A DNA stretch of 64,000 bases, taken from assembly GCF_004010195.1 (NCBI RefSeq), contig NC_057720.1:2895160-2959159 (forward strand), written 5' to 3'. The translations under genes were made by a program, and so were the position numbers. The notes below the pieces were generated by a model, which saw only the letters and a program-made list of their open reading frames with translations, did not search any database and had not been told where the DNA came from. Positions 51,096 through 63,144 of this stretch are shown here, piece by piece (the first letter of the stretch is position 1; the number at the start of each line of letters is the position of its first letter). This DNA is from Chiloscyllium plagiosum (Eukaryota).

Positions 51096-51689
51096 GTAAT
51101 CTCCCAAACTTACCGTTGGTCAGCTGACCACCCACACAGACCGGTGTCTCTTACAATCTGGACATTCGAAAAGTAATTTATTTTGAGCAATTCTTTTAAT
51201 CACTAGCTCATAAAGTGTACAGTATTTTGTTTATATTTAATGATTCATTTTATTTTGTAAGTTATTTCAGCCAGAAACACACAGCACTGCACACATACCA
51301 TCCTCTGTTTCAACTTATCCCATTTCACTTTCCCAGCAAAACCTACCTGTAGGAACTTAACTCTGGCTTTAACATTGATTCCTGTGGGAAACCGTGCTTC
51401 ACTAAAGTCATTCCAATTAAAGATGTCATTTTCAGGCATGAAGCTGCATCTTTAGGTGGGGACTATTTGTATTCATTCTATAACATAGACTCCAGGATTG
51501 AACTTCCATCTGAGGTCTGGCAAGTGTTCTCCATTCCCAGGATTCCCTCTGCACCACCCCATCTCATGTTATTAACAAACAGAAGAACTGCAGGTGCTAT
51601 AAATCAGAAACAAAAACAGAACTTGCTGGAAAAGCTCAACAGGTCTGGCAGCATCACAGATGCATCTCACTCCATTTGTGTCTCGGCAG

Positions 51690-51800
51690 GGTGAGAAAGG
51701 GTTACTGGGTCAACCTGGACTCCAAGGAAACCAAAGAGGACGCGCTGGAGTGCAGGGCGATCAGGGAGCCTTTGGGGAGCCTGGTCCGAAAGGACGAAAG
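51690..51800 (+). CDS. COL24A1: Collagen exon M (111 nt): GEKGLLGQPGLQGNQRGRAGVQGDQGAFGEPGPKGRK
   Basis: tgtctcggcag|GGT...AAG|gtacga; 37 codons with one extra residue (G-N-Q-R-G). Confidence 0.92.
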
Positions 51801-51955
51801 GTACGAGTTCACGTGGCGTTCCTGATACTTGACAAACGCAATTGTGTCTGAACACCTCCAGCTAAGCCACTCAGCATATGTTAGATATAGTTTGTAGGGG
51901 AAAAGGGGATCCAAGGGTATGGAATGGAAGCAGAAACAGGCTACGAAATTGGAAT

Positions 51956-52135
51956 TGAAAATGTGTTGCTGGAAAAGCGCAGCAGGTCAGGCAGCATCCA
52001 AGGAACAGGAGAATCGACGTTTCGGGCATAAGCCCTTCTTCAGGAACCTGTTCCTTGGATGCTTCCTGACCTGCTGCACTTTTCCAGCAACACATTTTCA
52101 GCTCTGATCTCCAGCATCTGCAGTCCTCACTTTCT
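51956..52135. mobile_element. Fold-back family A element
   Basis: Perfect 16-bp TSD gctacgaaattggaat at 51940-51955/52136-52151; inverted arms. Confidence 0.88.
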
Positions 52136-52196
52136 GCTACGAAATTGGAATGCAGAGCAGGTTCAAAGGGCTGAGTAGCCTACTCCTGCTCTTCCA

Positions 52197-53040
52197 GAGT
52201 CATACAGTCCGACATCAGGGAGTTAGGCCCTTTAGCCCAAACTGGTCTATGCTGACCAAAGAGTCCATCCACTCTAACCCCATTTCCCTGCACTTGACCC
52301 ATATCCTTCTAAACCTTTCCTATCCATGTATTTGTCCAAATGCCTTTTAAATGTTAATGTACCCACCTCAACCAGTTCAGCTGGCAACTCATTCCATATG
52401 CGTACCACCCTCTGTGTAAAAAAAGTTGCCCATCAAGTTCCCTTTTATGCTTTCCTCTCTAACCTTAAACCTTCAGGGTGGCACGGTGGCTCAGTGGTTA
52501 GCACTGCTGCCTCACAGCGCCAGGGACTCACCTTCGATTCCAACCTTGAGCAACTATCTGTGTGGAGTTTGCACATTCTCCCCGTGTCTGCGTGGGTTTC
52601 CTCCCACAGTCCAGAGATGTGTAGGTCAGGTGAATTGGCCATGCTAAATTGCCCATAGTGCTAAGTGCATTAGTCAAGGGTAAATGTAGAAAAATGAGTC
52701 TGGGTGGGTTACTCTTTGGAAGGCCAATATGGATTTGATGGGCCGAAGGGCCTGTTTCCCTGCTGTAGGGAATCTGATCTAAAATGATGCCCTCTAGGCT
52801 TCGATTCCCCTACCCTATCCATGCCTCTCATGATCTTATACACTTCTATGAGGGCCGCCCCTTCTCAGTCTCCAAAGCTCTAAAGAAGAAGGTTCCAGCT
52901 TGTCCAAACTCTCCCGATAGCTCAGATCTTTGAGTCCCGGCAACATCCTTGTAAATTTCTTCTGTACTCTTTCCAGTTTAATAACATCCTTCCTATAGTA
53001 AGATGACCGAAACTGAACACAATCCTCCAAGTATCTCACC
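52197..53040 (-). mobile_element. CR1 LINE 3' part with an HE1 SINE (+ strand, about 52476-52780) inserted
   Basis: ORF 52836..53057; HE1 head gggtggcacggtggctcagtgg. Confidence 0.85.
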
Positions 53041-54993
53041 TTAATTGGAGGTTTCATGTTTCTTGACCTGTCTCGAGTGAACTAAAACATCAGAAGAGTT
53101 ACTATTGGCTTCCAAATCCCTTTCCATCTTAAACACTCCGTGAGAGTTACTCTTTCAGATTGGGAATAGGAAGGGAGATGTACATTTATGTAGTGCCTTT
53201 CACCACCATGAGCACATGCTGAAGAACTTTGCAGCCAGTGAGGTAGTTACATTGGTAAACAAAGCAGCTGATGTATGCACATTAAAACTAAATGAATCAT
53301 GGGTTTCTAATTGAACAATGTGAAGAAAGAACGTATTTCCCAAAATACATTTTATTCCTAAGATTAGTAACATTAAAGTGCTGATCGGCTTGGCTTTGAC
53401 ATCAGATAAAGTGTGATACAGATCGGTTCCTTCAATACAAGGAACGAGATGTCTCACTCCCTGTCCATGGGTGACTGTGGTGACCATGTCCATTTATATT
53501 TCATTTCCAGTGCTCTCTGTTGTACATGGTCTGAGGGTACGGGGGAGGCCGTGTGTCGGGTGAACATGGGTTCTCATCCCTTGGTGTATCACAGCAGGAG
53601 GGCCTTGGATAGTGGGCATTCCCACTGTCGCCTAAATCTTTAGTGTGCCCCTCAACACACAGTCCTGTCAGTTTGCAACACTCAGTGGCCAACAGCTCTT
53701 TACACTGGAAAGACATGGACGGACTAAAGAGCATTTGACCCTCCAGCAATTAATGCTTCTTTTGGTGTGGAACCCGAGGCAAAGCTCAGAGAGGACAGGG
53801 TTTAAGGCATATACTTGATTACCATGCCTTTTAAAGATGAAAGGTTGTTGGGAATATGCAGTATCATAGAGTAAGATTAAATTCAGATCAGCCATGACGT
53901 TATTAAATGGTGGAGGAGGTTTAAAGGGCTGAGTGGTCGACTATTATTCCTTGTTCATATAATTCTGAAGGAATATCATCAAGGAATTCTTTCAGCTCTA
54001 TATTATTGGGGTAAAATTGCTTTGCTTTAAATTTGGATGGTTCTAATCTCCCTTAGTGTCACCCTACATTATCAGAAAAGATCAAGAGTGGGACTTGAAC
54101 CTTGTGACTCAGAGGTGCCTGTGCATGTTAACTAACATAAAATCAATTTGACTGTGTGGTCTAAAATTGCCAACCCAGGGTTGGACTTAGTGCCAGAGGT
54201 TTATTGCTGTGCCATCCAACTCACTATTAGCCAGTCACCATCTCTACGCTTGACCTCCTTTCCCAGGAAGGGGTACTGCGTTCTGTTGCCTGAATGAATA
54301 ATTTCATGTCACGTGTATTTGACAGTGCAACTTACAATAAAATACAGTGAGAAGCTTTCAATCATCATCACGATACCATGCCATTCTGATAGTTCTATGA
54401 GTAAGAGTGAAACGAAAAGATCCTCCTGATTGGATAACGATTAACCGAATCAAACAGCCTTTTCTCCCCCATCCCTCTGGGGCCTTTAGAATCGAGAAGC
54501 AAATTTGCTCAAAGGAAATGAAGGAGAAGCAGCAGCGGTTGGTTTTGGTGGCTGGAAGATGTTTCTCTCGGGTGTTTAAGGTGGCCAACGCGCAGTTGTG
54601 TCCACACATAAAATCTTTCATGTGGTCAGCACAGAAGAGACCATTCAACCCAGCAGTTCAGGGCTGAATCCTTTGAACAGACATCTGGTTGTCCCCACTG
54701 CCCTGCTCTTTCCACCTATCCTTGCAATTCGATCTCTTTCAAATTCCCCGAGGATTACCATTGAGTCTATCACTCCACCCAGCAGCACATTCTACAGCTG
54801 TGTCACTCATTGTACAAAGATAATTTTCCTCAAATTATTTGAGTTTATTTCTGTCAATCATTACAAACTCTGTTCCCCCTGGGAGCAGACATTCACTAAA
54901 CAGCATATTTTGTCAATCCGTGTGTCATCATTGAAGTTGTCACTGTGGAAATCGAACCTTTCTGATTTGAAATCAGTACAATGTTTGTTTCAG

Positions 54994-55047
54994 GGAGATG
55001 GTGGTGATCGAGGTTTGATGGGATTTCCTGGCTTTCAAGGTCCAAAG
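54994..55047 (+). CDS. COL24A1: Collagen exon N (54 nt): GDGGDRGLMGFPGFQGPK
   Basis: tttgtttcag|GGA...AAG|gtacgt. Confidence 0.95.
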
Positions 55048-55564
55048 GTACGTGAATGCAATTATTTTCCCTTAAAATATACTTGACGTGCAAAATTTGT
55101 AAAGCCACATTTTAAAATATTGTGACTTGAATATTCCAAAAAGTGTGATAAAATTCAACTCACCTTCATGCAACATCTTCCTCTGTTAGGAACTCCTCTG
55201 CCATTGGAACACTTAAGTATTTACTTTATACAGTCTTTATTGGGTATACTGGCCAATGGCAAATCGTTTCAAAACTATACACATGTGAAAGGCAATATAG
55301 GAAGATCTTATTATGAACAACAATATGGTATTTCCCAGCGATCTCCTTTACGGATACGCAATCCCAGTGAAACATCACTCTTTGCTTCACTTTAAAATTT
55401 CTTATTGAGCTGACAAGGAATTCACTCCCCAAGAGTTTGGTGGATGCTGGCACGCTGAGTAAATTTAAGGTTTATAATTAGTAACAGGCTGAAGGATTCT
55501 AGAGATTGGGCAAAAAAGTGCAGTTGAAGCTGAAGTGAGCTCAGTCATGATGGTAATAAATCAA

Positions 55565-55898
55565 AGGGGCATGGATAGGATAAATAAGCAAAGTCCAGAA
55601 CTAGAGGGCATAGGTTTAGGGTGAGGGCGGAAAAATATAAAAGAGACCTAAGGGGCAACTTTTTCACACAGAGGGTGGTACGTGTATGGAATGAGCTGCC
55701 AGAGGAAGTGGTGGAGGCTGGTACAATTGCAACATTTAAAAGGCATCTGGATGGGTATATGAATAGGAAGGGTTTGGAGGGATATGGGCCAGGTACTGGC
55801 AGGTGGGACTAGACTGGGTTGGGATATCTGGTCGGCATGGACAGGTTGGACCGAAGGGTCTGTTTCTATGCTGTACATCTCTATGACTCTATGACTCT
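55565..55898 (+). mobile_element. CR1 LINE 3' end
   Basis: ORF 55621..55812; tail (ctatgact)n. Confidence 0.88.
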
Positions 55899-56148
55899 AA
55901 GGGGCTGAATGGCCTCCTCTGCTCCTAGATATTACATGCTTGTGTTTTCTTCCCTGAACCAAGATAAAACATGTTTAAGATAGAGACATAGAATAAATGA
56001 GAAATACTAAACCATTGAGTTCAAGTTGCTGTAAATGCTTTCAGCAATGCTTGATGTTTGAGTAACATTCCATAATGCAGCCATGAATTGTGTGTTCAGT
56101 TGTAGGTATGTAGCCAATGAAAGTCCGTGTTTGTTTTATTTTTGGCAG

Positions 56149-56211
56149 GGTCCAGTTGGAGATATTGGCTATAAAGGAATTCAAGGTCCAAAGGGTCCAA
56201 TGGGATTGTTT
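56149..56211 (+). CDS. COL24A1: Collagen exon O (63 nt): GPVGDIGYKGIQGPKGPMGLF
   Basis: atttttggcag|GGT...TTT|gtaagt; 7 triplets. Confidence 0.94.
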
Positions 56212-56952
56212 GTAAGTGAAACGTTTTGTCTTGTTTGTTGAAGATGGAGTTTGCTTTCTGCTCCAATGAGCCCACGTTACAGCGAGACACAGTGACTGCT
56301 CTCTGTTAGTGGGTCATCAGGACTCAAGCAGTGGGAATCCCATCAGAAACAATTCTTGTCACAAACACTGACTCCAGGGACAACAAGTATCCAATTCCCT
56401 GGAAACCCCGGATGAGTGCATCCAAGATGCAGGAGCTGTTTCAATCCCAAACCCTTCCACAGGCTCACTCCCAGAGTGCAGCACTACAGATATCTGTATG
56501 TCTCATCACAGCAGCCTCCCTTTATAAGTTCCATTAGTACTTACTGTAAGCTTTCAGTAACAACTGCATTAACCCACCATTGACAGCAGACACTGGGGAA
56601 ATTTCAAGTTCAAAAGGAGAAGGGATTTAAAATGGATACAAAAGCAGAAGGATCGCAGCGGGTGGGTTTAGTGGACGGACATCAAGAGTGGGGTGGAGGG
56701 GAGTGGTGGAGGGAGAAACCTGCCCAGATTCGTCCAAGAGCTCACTGGGATTAAGGTACCATGCCATGTACCTCTCCAATAACATACTCAGATTTGAAAT
56801 GGCTGCTGGCCAGCTTTCCTGAGGATTGAGAACCCAGGCAGGTCACAGGCAGTCAATCAAAGAGGGATCCACCGGTAGGTGGCTTTTGGGCACTGATACC
56901 CGGCTGCAGCAGGGGCTAGGGGGCAGGTTTCAACAGGACATTTGGACAATCT

Positions 56953-57285
56953 GGGTGGCACGGTGGCTCAGTGGTCAGCACTGCTGCCTCACAGCGCCAG
57001 GGACCCAGGTTCAATTCCAGCCTCGGACAACTGTCTATGTGGAATTTGCACATTCTCCCCGTGTCTGAGTGCATTTCCTCCCACAATCCAAAGATGTGCA
57101 GGTTAGAGTGAATTGGCCATTCTAAATTGCCCATAGTGTCCAAGGATGTGAAGATTAGGTGTATTAGTCAGGGGTAAATGTAGAGGAAATAGGGAAGGGG
57201 AATAGATCTGGGAGGGATACTCTTCGAAGGGTTGGTATGAACTTATTGGGCCAAATGGCCTATTCCCACACTGTAAGGATTCTGT
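56953..57285 (+). mobile_element. HE1-type SINE
   Basis: HE1 head and core. Confidence 0.85.
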
Positions 57286-57491
57286 GAAATCAAAAGGACC
57301 AAACCCCCATCAGTACCCACCTCAGCAATGGGACAGTTTCACTTTGTGGAGAGACTCAGTCTCTGCAGCTTTGAGAGGCAATCCAACAGAAATGTGAGAG
57401 ATGTTTGGAAAGCTTGGCAGGGAAGGGGAGAAGAGGCTGTTTTCCTCTGACTGGGAAATGTAACCTAATGATGACAGTCTCTGGCTAAGGA

Positions 57492-57806
57492 GTCATAGAA
57501 TCCCAACAGTGTGGAAGCAGGCCATTCGGCCCATCAAGTCACATTGACCCTCTGAACAGCATCCCACCCAGACCTACCCTATCACCCTGCATTTCCCATG
57601 ACTAACCCACCCAGTCTGCACATCCCTGAGCAATTTAGCATGGCCAGTCCACCCTAACTTGCACATCTTTGGACTATGGGAGGAAACTCACGCAGGCACA
57701 AGGAGAATATGCAAAGACAGAGAGACAGTCGCCCGAGGCTGGAATTAAACCCACGTCCCTGATGCTGTGAGGCAGTAGTGCTAACCACTGAGCCACCATG
57801 TCACCC
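57492..57806 (-). mobile_element. HE1-type SINE
   Basis: Reverse complement of the HE1 head and core. Confidence 0.82.
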
Positions 57807-58232
57807 TATGGGTCAACCATTGAAGACTGACATGAGGTGAAATTCCTTCATTCAGAGGTTTATGATTATTTTGGATTTCTGTACTCCAGAGAGCGATGTT
57901 CCATCATTGAACCGATTTAATGTTGAATTCTATACATGGTTAATAAAGATTATTAAGTATGTAGACTTCTGTATACAAAGGGAATTGATGGGTATGAGGA
58001 AGTGAAGGGGCGGAGTGGTTATTATGTCTTTATGTAAATCCATTGTAATTCCTTCAAGCTCCCTCCTGTAAGCTAACGTAAGAGCTGCAATAGGAAGCGT
58101 TCTTGGAATCAATGGCTCATCTAGGGACTATCTCGTCTTGACATGTGACTGAGGGAAAGCAAGACAAGGACAAGGAGCTTCCTGCCACCTGCCACCCATT
58201 CAGTGAGAGAAACCCAATATAACTGAATCATT

Positions 58233-58455
58233 ATATAAAAGCAAATTACTGCAGATGCTGGAATCTGAAACCAAAAGAGAGAATGCTGGAAAATCTCAGC
58301 AGGTCTGGCAGCATCTGTAAGGAGAGAGAAGAGCTGACGTTTCGAGTCTAACTGACCCTTTGTCAAAGCAGCTTTGTCAAAGCAAAACATCAGCTCTTTT
58401 CTCTCCTTACAGATGCTGGCAGACCTGCTAAGATTTTCCAGCAATTTCTCTTTTG
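58233..58455. mobile_element. Fold-back Penelope-derived element (family A variant)
   Basis: TSD ataac(t/c)gaatcatt at 58219-58232/58456-58469; inverted arms; degenerate hammerhead core. Confidence 0.78.
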
Positions 58456-58562
58456 ATAACCGAATCATTGTTAAATATTGTGTCAAAGCATCCCCAAATT
58501 CGAGAGCAGGTCACAGCCTAACAGTCAATAAATAATTCAGGTACAGATTGAAAAGTGGAAGT

Positions 58563-59395
58563 TGTGCAGGTTCATAGCTCCTTGAAAGTAGAGTCGCAGG
58601 TAGATCTCATAGTGAAGAAGGCATTTGGTATGCTTTCGTTTATTGGTCAATGCATTGAGTATAGGAGTTGAGAGGTCATGTTGCGGCTGTACAGGATATT
58701 GGTTAGGCCACTTTTGGAATGCTGCATGCAATTCTGGTCTCCTTGCTAGAGGAAGGTTGTTGTGAAACTTTAAAGGGTTCAGAAAAGATTTACAAGAATG
58801 TTGCCAGGGTTGGAGGATTTGAGCTATAAGGAGAGGCTGAACAGGCTGGGACTGTTTTCCCCAGAGCATCAGAGGCTGAGGGGTGACCTTATAGAGGTTT
58901 ATAAAATCATGAGGGGCATGGATAGGGTAAATAGACAAGGTCTTGATAAATTCTTGATGTCACAAGGAATTAAGGGCTACGAGGAGAATGCGGGTAAGTG
59001 GAGTTGAAATGCCCTTCAGCCATGATTGAATGGCGGAGTGGACTCAATGGGCCGAATCGCCTTACTTCCACTCCTATGTCTTATGGTCTTATGTCTTTTT
59101 CCTGGGGTGGGGGAGTCCAAATCTAGATGGCATAGGTTTAGGGTGAGAGGGGAAAGATTTAAAAGGGACTTAAGAGGCAACATTTTCACACAGAGGGTGG
59201 TATGTGTATGGAATGAGCTGCCAGAGGAAGTGGTGGAGGTTGGTACAATTGCAACATTTAAAAGGCATCTGGATGGGTATAAGAAGGGTTTAGAGGGAAA
59301 TTGGCCAATGGGACTAGATTAACTTAGGATATCTAGTTGGCATGGACGAGTTGGACTGAAGGGTCTGTTTCCATGCTGTACATCTTTATGATTCT
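58563..59395 (+). mobile_element. CR1 LINE 3' part with a nested LINE tail at about 58942-59092
   Basis: ORFs 58798..59007 and 59026..59322. Confidence 0.87.
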
Positions 59396-59438
59396 ACCCT
59401 GTGTTTACTCAATTTTCCAATATTTTTTGTCCAAATAG

Positions 59439-59492
59439 GGAAACACTGGACCATTTGGACCCACTGGAATTATCGGTCCTGCTGGGAAACCA
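59439..59492 (+). CDS. COL24A1: Collagen exon P (54 nt): GNTGPFGPTGIIGPAGKP
   Basis: ttttgtccaaatag|GGA...CCA|gtaagt. Confidence 0.94.
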
Positions 59493-59705
59493 GTAAGTGT
59501 CTGGATCTGTCATACAACATCTCCAACAGCGGGTGTCCCACGATGATTGCCCATTAACCTTGTCAACCCCATCAGGGGAGGTGATGGATTAGTGGTATCA
59601 TCACCAGACCTAATAGTCCAGGTAGCCAGGTAATGTCTCAGGGACCTGGGTTTAATTCCTATGGGAGAAGGTGAAATTGGAATTCAACAACAAAATAAAA
59701 TCTGG

Positions 59706-60468
59706 AATTGAATTGAATTTAATGTCATGTGTACCAAAGCACAGTGAAAAGCTTTGTCTTGCAAGCAGTACAGGCAGATCACAGAGTTAAGTAGCATAGA
59801 TAAGTAAATAATATGTAAATAGCAGCAAAAACAGAAACACAGGTACAGGTGAATGCAAAGAGTTTGTGAGTTCATTCAGTATTCTAACAACAATAAGGTA
59901 GAAACTGTTTCGAAACCGGCTGGTGAGTGTGTTCAGGCTTCTGTACCTTCTCCCAGATGTAGAAAAGCATTGCCAGGGTGGGATGGATCTTTGAGAATGC
60001 TGGCGGCCTTTCCTTGACAGTGGGCCTGGTAGATGGATTCTATAGATGGGAGGTTGGCCTTTGTGATTGTCTGGGCCGAGTTCACCACTCTCTGTAACCG
60101 TCTCCGATCTTGAATGGTATACCAGGCAGTGATACATCCAGACAGAATGCTCTCGATAACGCACCTATAAATGTTGGCAAGGGGATTTGCCGTCATGCCA
60201 AATTTTCTCAGCTGAGGAAGAAGAGACGTTGTTGGGCCTTTGTAACCAGTGCGTCCACATGAAGAGTCCAAGAAAGTTTGTTGTGGATGACCACTCCCAG
60301 GACCTTGACACTTTCCACTCGTTCCACCTCTGTGCTGTTAATGTGTAGGGGGGGGGCATGAGTATCACTGATTGTGGCCTGTGGGTCAGGAAACTGAGGA
60401 TCCAGTTGCAGAGAGTGGGGCTTAGTCCGAGATCACTAAGTTTAGTAATCAGTCTCCAGTGGATAATA
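59706..60468 (-). mobile_element. Rex1/Babar-type LINE 3' part inserted in a SINE
   Basis: Peptides [53 protein letters not shown]; (ttcaa)n tail. Confidence 0.8.
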
Positions 60469-62010
60469 GTAAAGGAATGATGATTTTGTAACCATTGTTG
60501 GGGGAAATGCATCTGGTTCACTAATGTCCTTTAGAGAAGGAAATTACTATCCTTCCCCAGTCTGGCCTACATGTGACTCCCGACCCACAGTGACTGGGCT
60601 GACGTCTAACTGCCCAGAGGGCAAGTAGGAATGGGCAATAAAGCCCACATCATGTGAATGAAGTATTAAAGAAAGTCTAAAGAGAACATCTCTCGTTTCC
60701 ACCTAAACAAGACTGTCTAAACAAGACCATTAGGTCCATCCTCTGGCTACTGCAATAGTGTAGTGCTCATGTCACTAGCCTGTTAGTCTCGAATCCCAGG
60801 TTAATCTTCTATGAACACCAGTTCCAATCCTGCCATGACAGCCGGTGAAATTTGAGTTCAGTGGAAACTTTGGAATTGAAAGCAAGTGTAATGGCCTTCA
60901 TTTAACCACTGCTAATTGTTGTAAAAACCCATCTGGATCACTAACGTCCTTTCAGGAAGGAAACCCATCCTTAGCTGGTCTGGCCTCCATGTGACTCCAC
61001 AACCACAGCAATGTATTTGATTCTGGTCACTTAGGGATGGATAATAAATACTGAATAAATTCCTAAATTATCCAATTATTCCTTCAGTAATTCCATCCTC
61101 CAAAGCTCCATTTGGGATTTGTTCCTTAATTCCAATTGGATCTTTGTATGAAGAACTCATTGATGCTGGTTTGATTTTTTTCCTTTCTTTATTTCAAACC
61201 TGTTTCTTTCATCTTACCTCATTTTAAAGCGAACATGGGGGATAATTGGCAAAATACCCCAAGCATCATGATGTCAAGGATGTCACAAAGACAAGCTGTG
61301 TGATGTGGAAGTGCCGGTGGGATTCTTTTCCACAGAGCGGAGAGAGAGAGAAAGCGATCAAGGTGATTGGAGGAAGAGAGTTTTGATGGAGTAAATAAAG
61401 AGAAACTGTGTCTAGGGGCAGGAAGGTTGATGTCCAGAGGGAGACAGATTGAGGGGAAAACAGAGTAGGGGAGCTGAGGGGAATTTATTTGACGCTGAGT
61501 AATTGTGATCTGGAACACGGCCCCTGAAATACAGTGGAAGCAGATTCAAAAGGGAATTGGAGCAACACAGGAGGGAGACCAGAGTGAGCAGGCTCCTGGA
61601 GAAGAGCAGGGCACGAGGTTAATGTTCGAAGAGCTGCTCCAAGCTGAACGGCCTCCTGTATATTGCTCGATGATATCAGAGCCACTAAACCACCGCGTGA
61701 CAAGCATCTAAAATAGCTTAAGAAAATTATTTACCTCATTATTTCATAACTATTTAATTAATTGATGTAATTATTTAATCATTGGATCAGAAGTAGGCCA
61801 TTCAGCCCCTCAAGTCTGTTCCACCATTCAATGAGATCACGGCTGATCTGTGGCCTAACTCCATATATCTGCCCTTGACCCATACCCCTTAATGTCTTTG
61901 CCTAACAAACACTCATCTACCTCGGATTTAAAGTTATTGATCCAGTATGTTATTGATTATTGCATCATTACTTTTCAATTAATGTCTGTTCTTTTTCTTT
62001 TCCATCATAG

Positions 62011-62046
62011 GGACCAAAGGGAGTGAAAGGTGCCAGAGGGGAAATG
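62011..62046 (+). CDS. COL24A1: Collagen exon Q (36 nt): GPKGVKGARGEM
   Basis: cttttccatcatag|GGA...ATG|gtaagg; 4 triplets. Confidence 0.92.
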
Positions 62047-62471
62047 GTAAGGCTCTATCAGAAATCACCAGTTGTGAAACCACCTTTCCACACGTTTACA
62101 AGATAATTGAGATGTCACTAAGTTGCATGTTGCTAAATTTCCAGTTTGATAGATCTCAATATTTCAATAGGTCTACAGGTTTGGTATACATCAAGCAGGT
62201 TGGTGTGACGGTCACCTGGAGTTTAAACAGCAGGTGGACTGAATGGCCAGTTGCAGTGCTGTACATTTGCTGTAAGTCTATGTAATAACGCAGATAAGGT
62301 GAAGGGTAAGGTGGGTGGACTGACCTTTATGTAGAAGGGAACATCTCAGCAGAACGCAGTTGGGCCAAACAGCCCACCTCTGTCTTCGAGGTCTTCCCGA
62401 ATCTTTGAGGTTAATAGCAGAACATATCAAATCGGGAATGTGTAGCAAACTCTCAGAACCTATTGATGACA

Positions 62472-62776
62472 TTAGATTACTTAGTGTGGAAACAGGCCCT
62501 TCGGCCCAACAAGTCCACACCAACTCTCTGAAGAGCAACCCACCCAGACCCATTCCCCTACATTTACCCCTTCACCTAACACTACGGGCAATTTAGCATG
62601 ACCAATTCACCTAACCTGCACATTTTTGGATTGTGGGAGGAAATCGGAGCACCCGGAGGAAACCCACGCAGACACGGGGAGAATGTGCAAACTCCACACA
62701 GACAGTTGCCCAAGGCAGGAATTGAACCCGGCGCTGTGAGGCAGCAGTGCTAACCACTGTGCCATCATGCCACCCA
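62472..62776 (-). mobile_element. HE1-type SINE
   Basis: Reverse complement of the HE1 head and core. Confidence 0.85.
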
Positions 62777-63144
62777 TGAGGATGTGAATGTCATTGCTAA
62801 GTGCAGTTTTTATTGCCTATCCCTAATTGCCCCAGCGAAGCTGCTGCTGAACAGCCTTGAATTCATCTATGTAGCTTGCTCGGCCATTCCAGAGGGCAGG
62901 TAAGAGTCAGCCACATTGCTGTGGGTCTGGAGTCATGTGTAGGCCAGACCGGGTGGGGTTGGCAGATTCCTTCCTTAGACCACATGAGTGAACCAGATGG
63001 GTTTTTACAACAATTCAGTCATTTCTGTATGACCCTCCTCCTTCTGATTTTTGTCTCACCCTGTCAACATGTCTGCTATTCCATCCTCATGTGCTGAAGT
63101 CTGTCCAAAACTATACAAACACGAGTCAGACCACAGCTGCAATA

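Larger units (their letters stand above)
8371..62046 (+). other. COL24A1: Clade C fibrillar collagen gene, COL24A1-like (partial; 17 triple-helix exons, gene extends beyond both window ends)
   Basis: 17 phase-0 Gly-X-Y exons of 108,54,108,54,54,57,54,54,54,54,108,108,111,54,63,54,36 nt splice in frame to 395 aa. The GYPGDDSAEIGLP imperfection matches my recollection of COL24A1 GYPGEDSTVLGPP. Collagen call is near certain; orthology is not verified. Confidence 0.7.
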
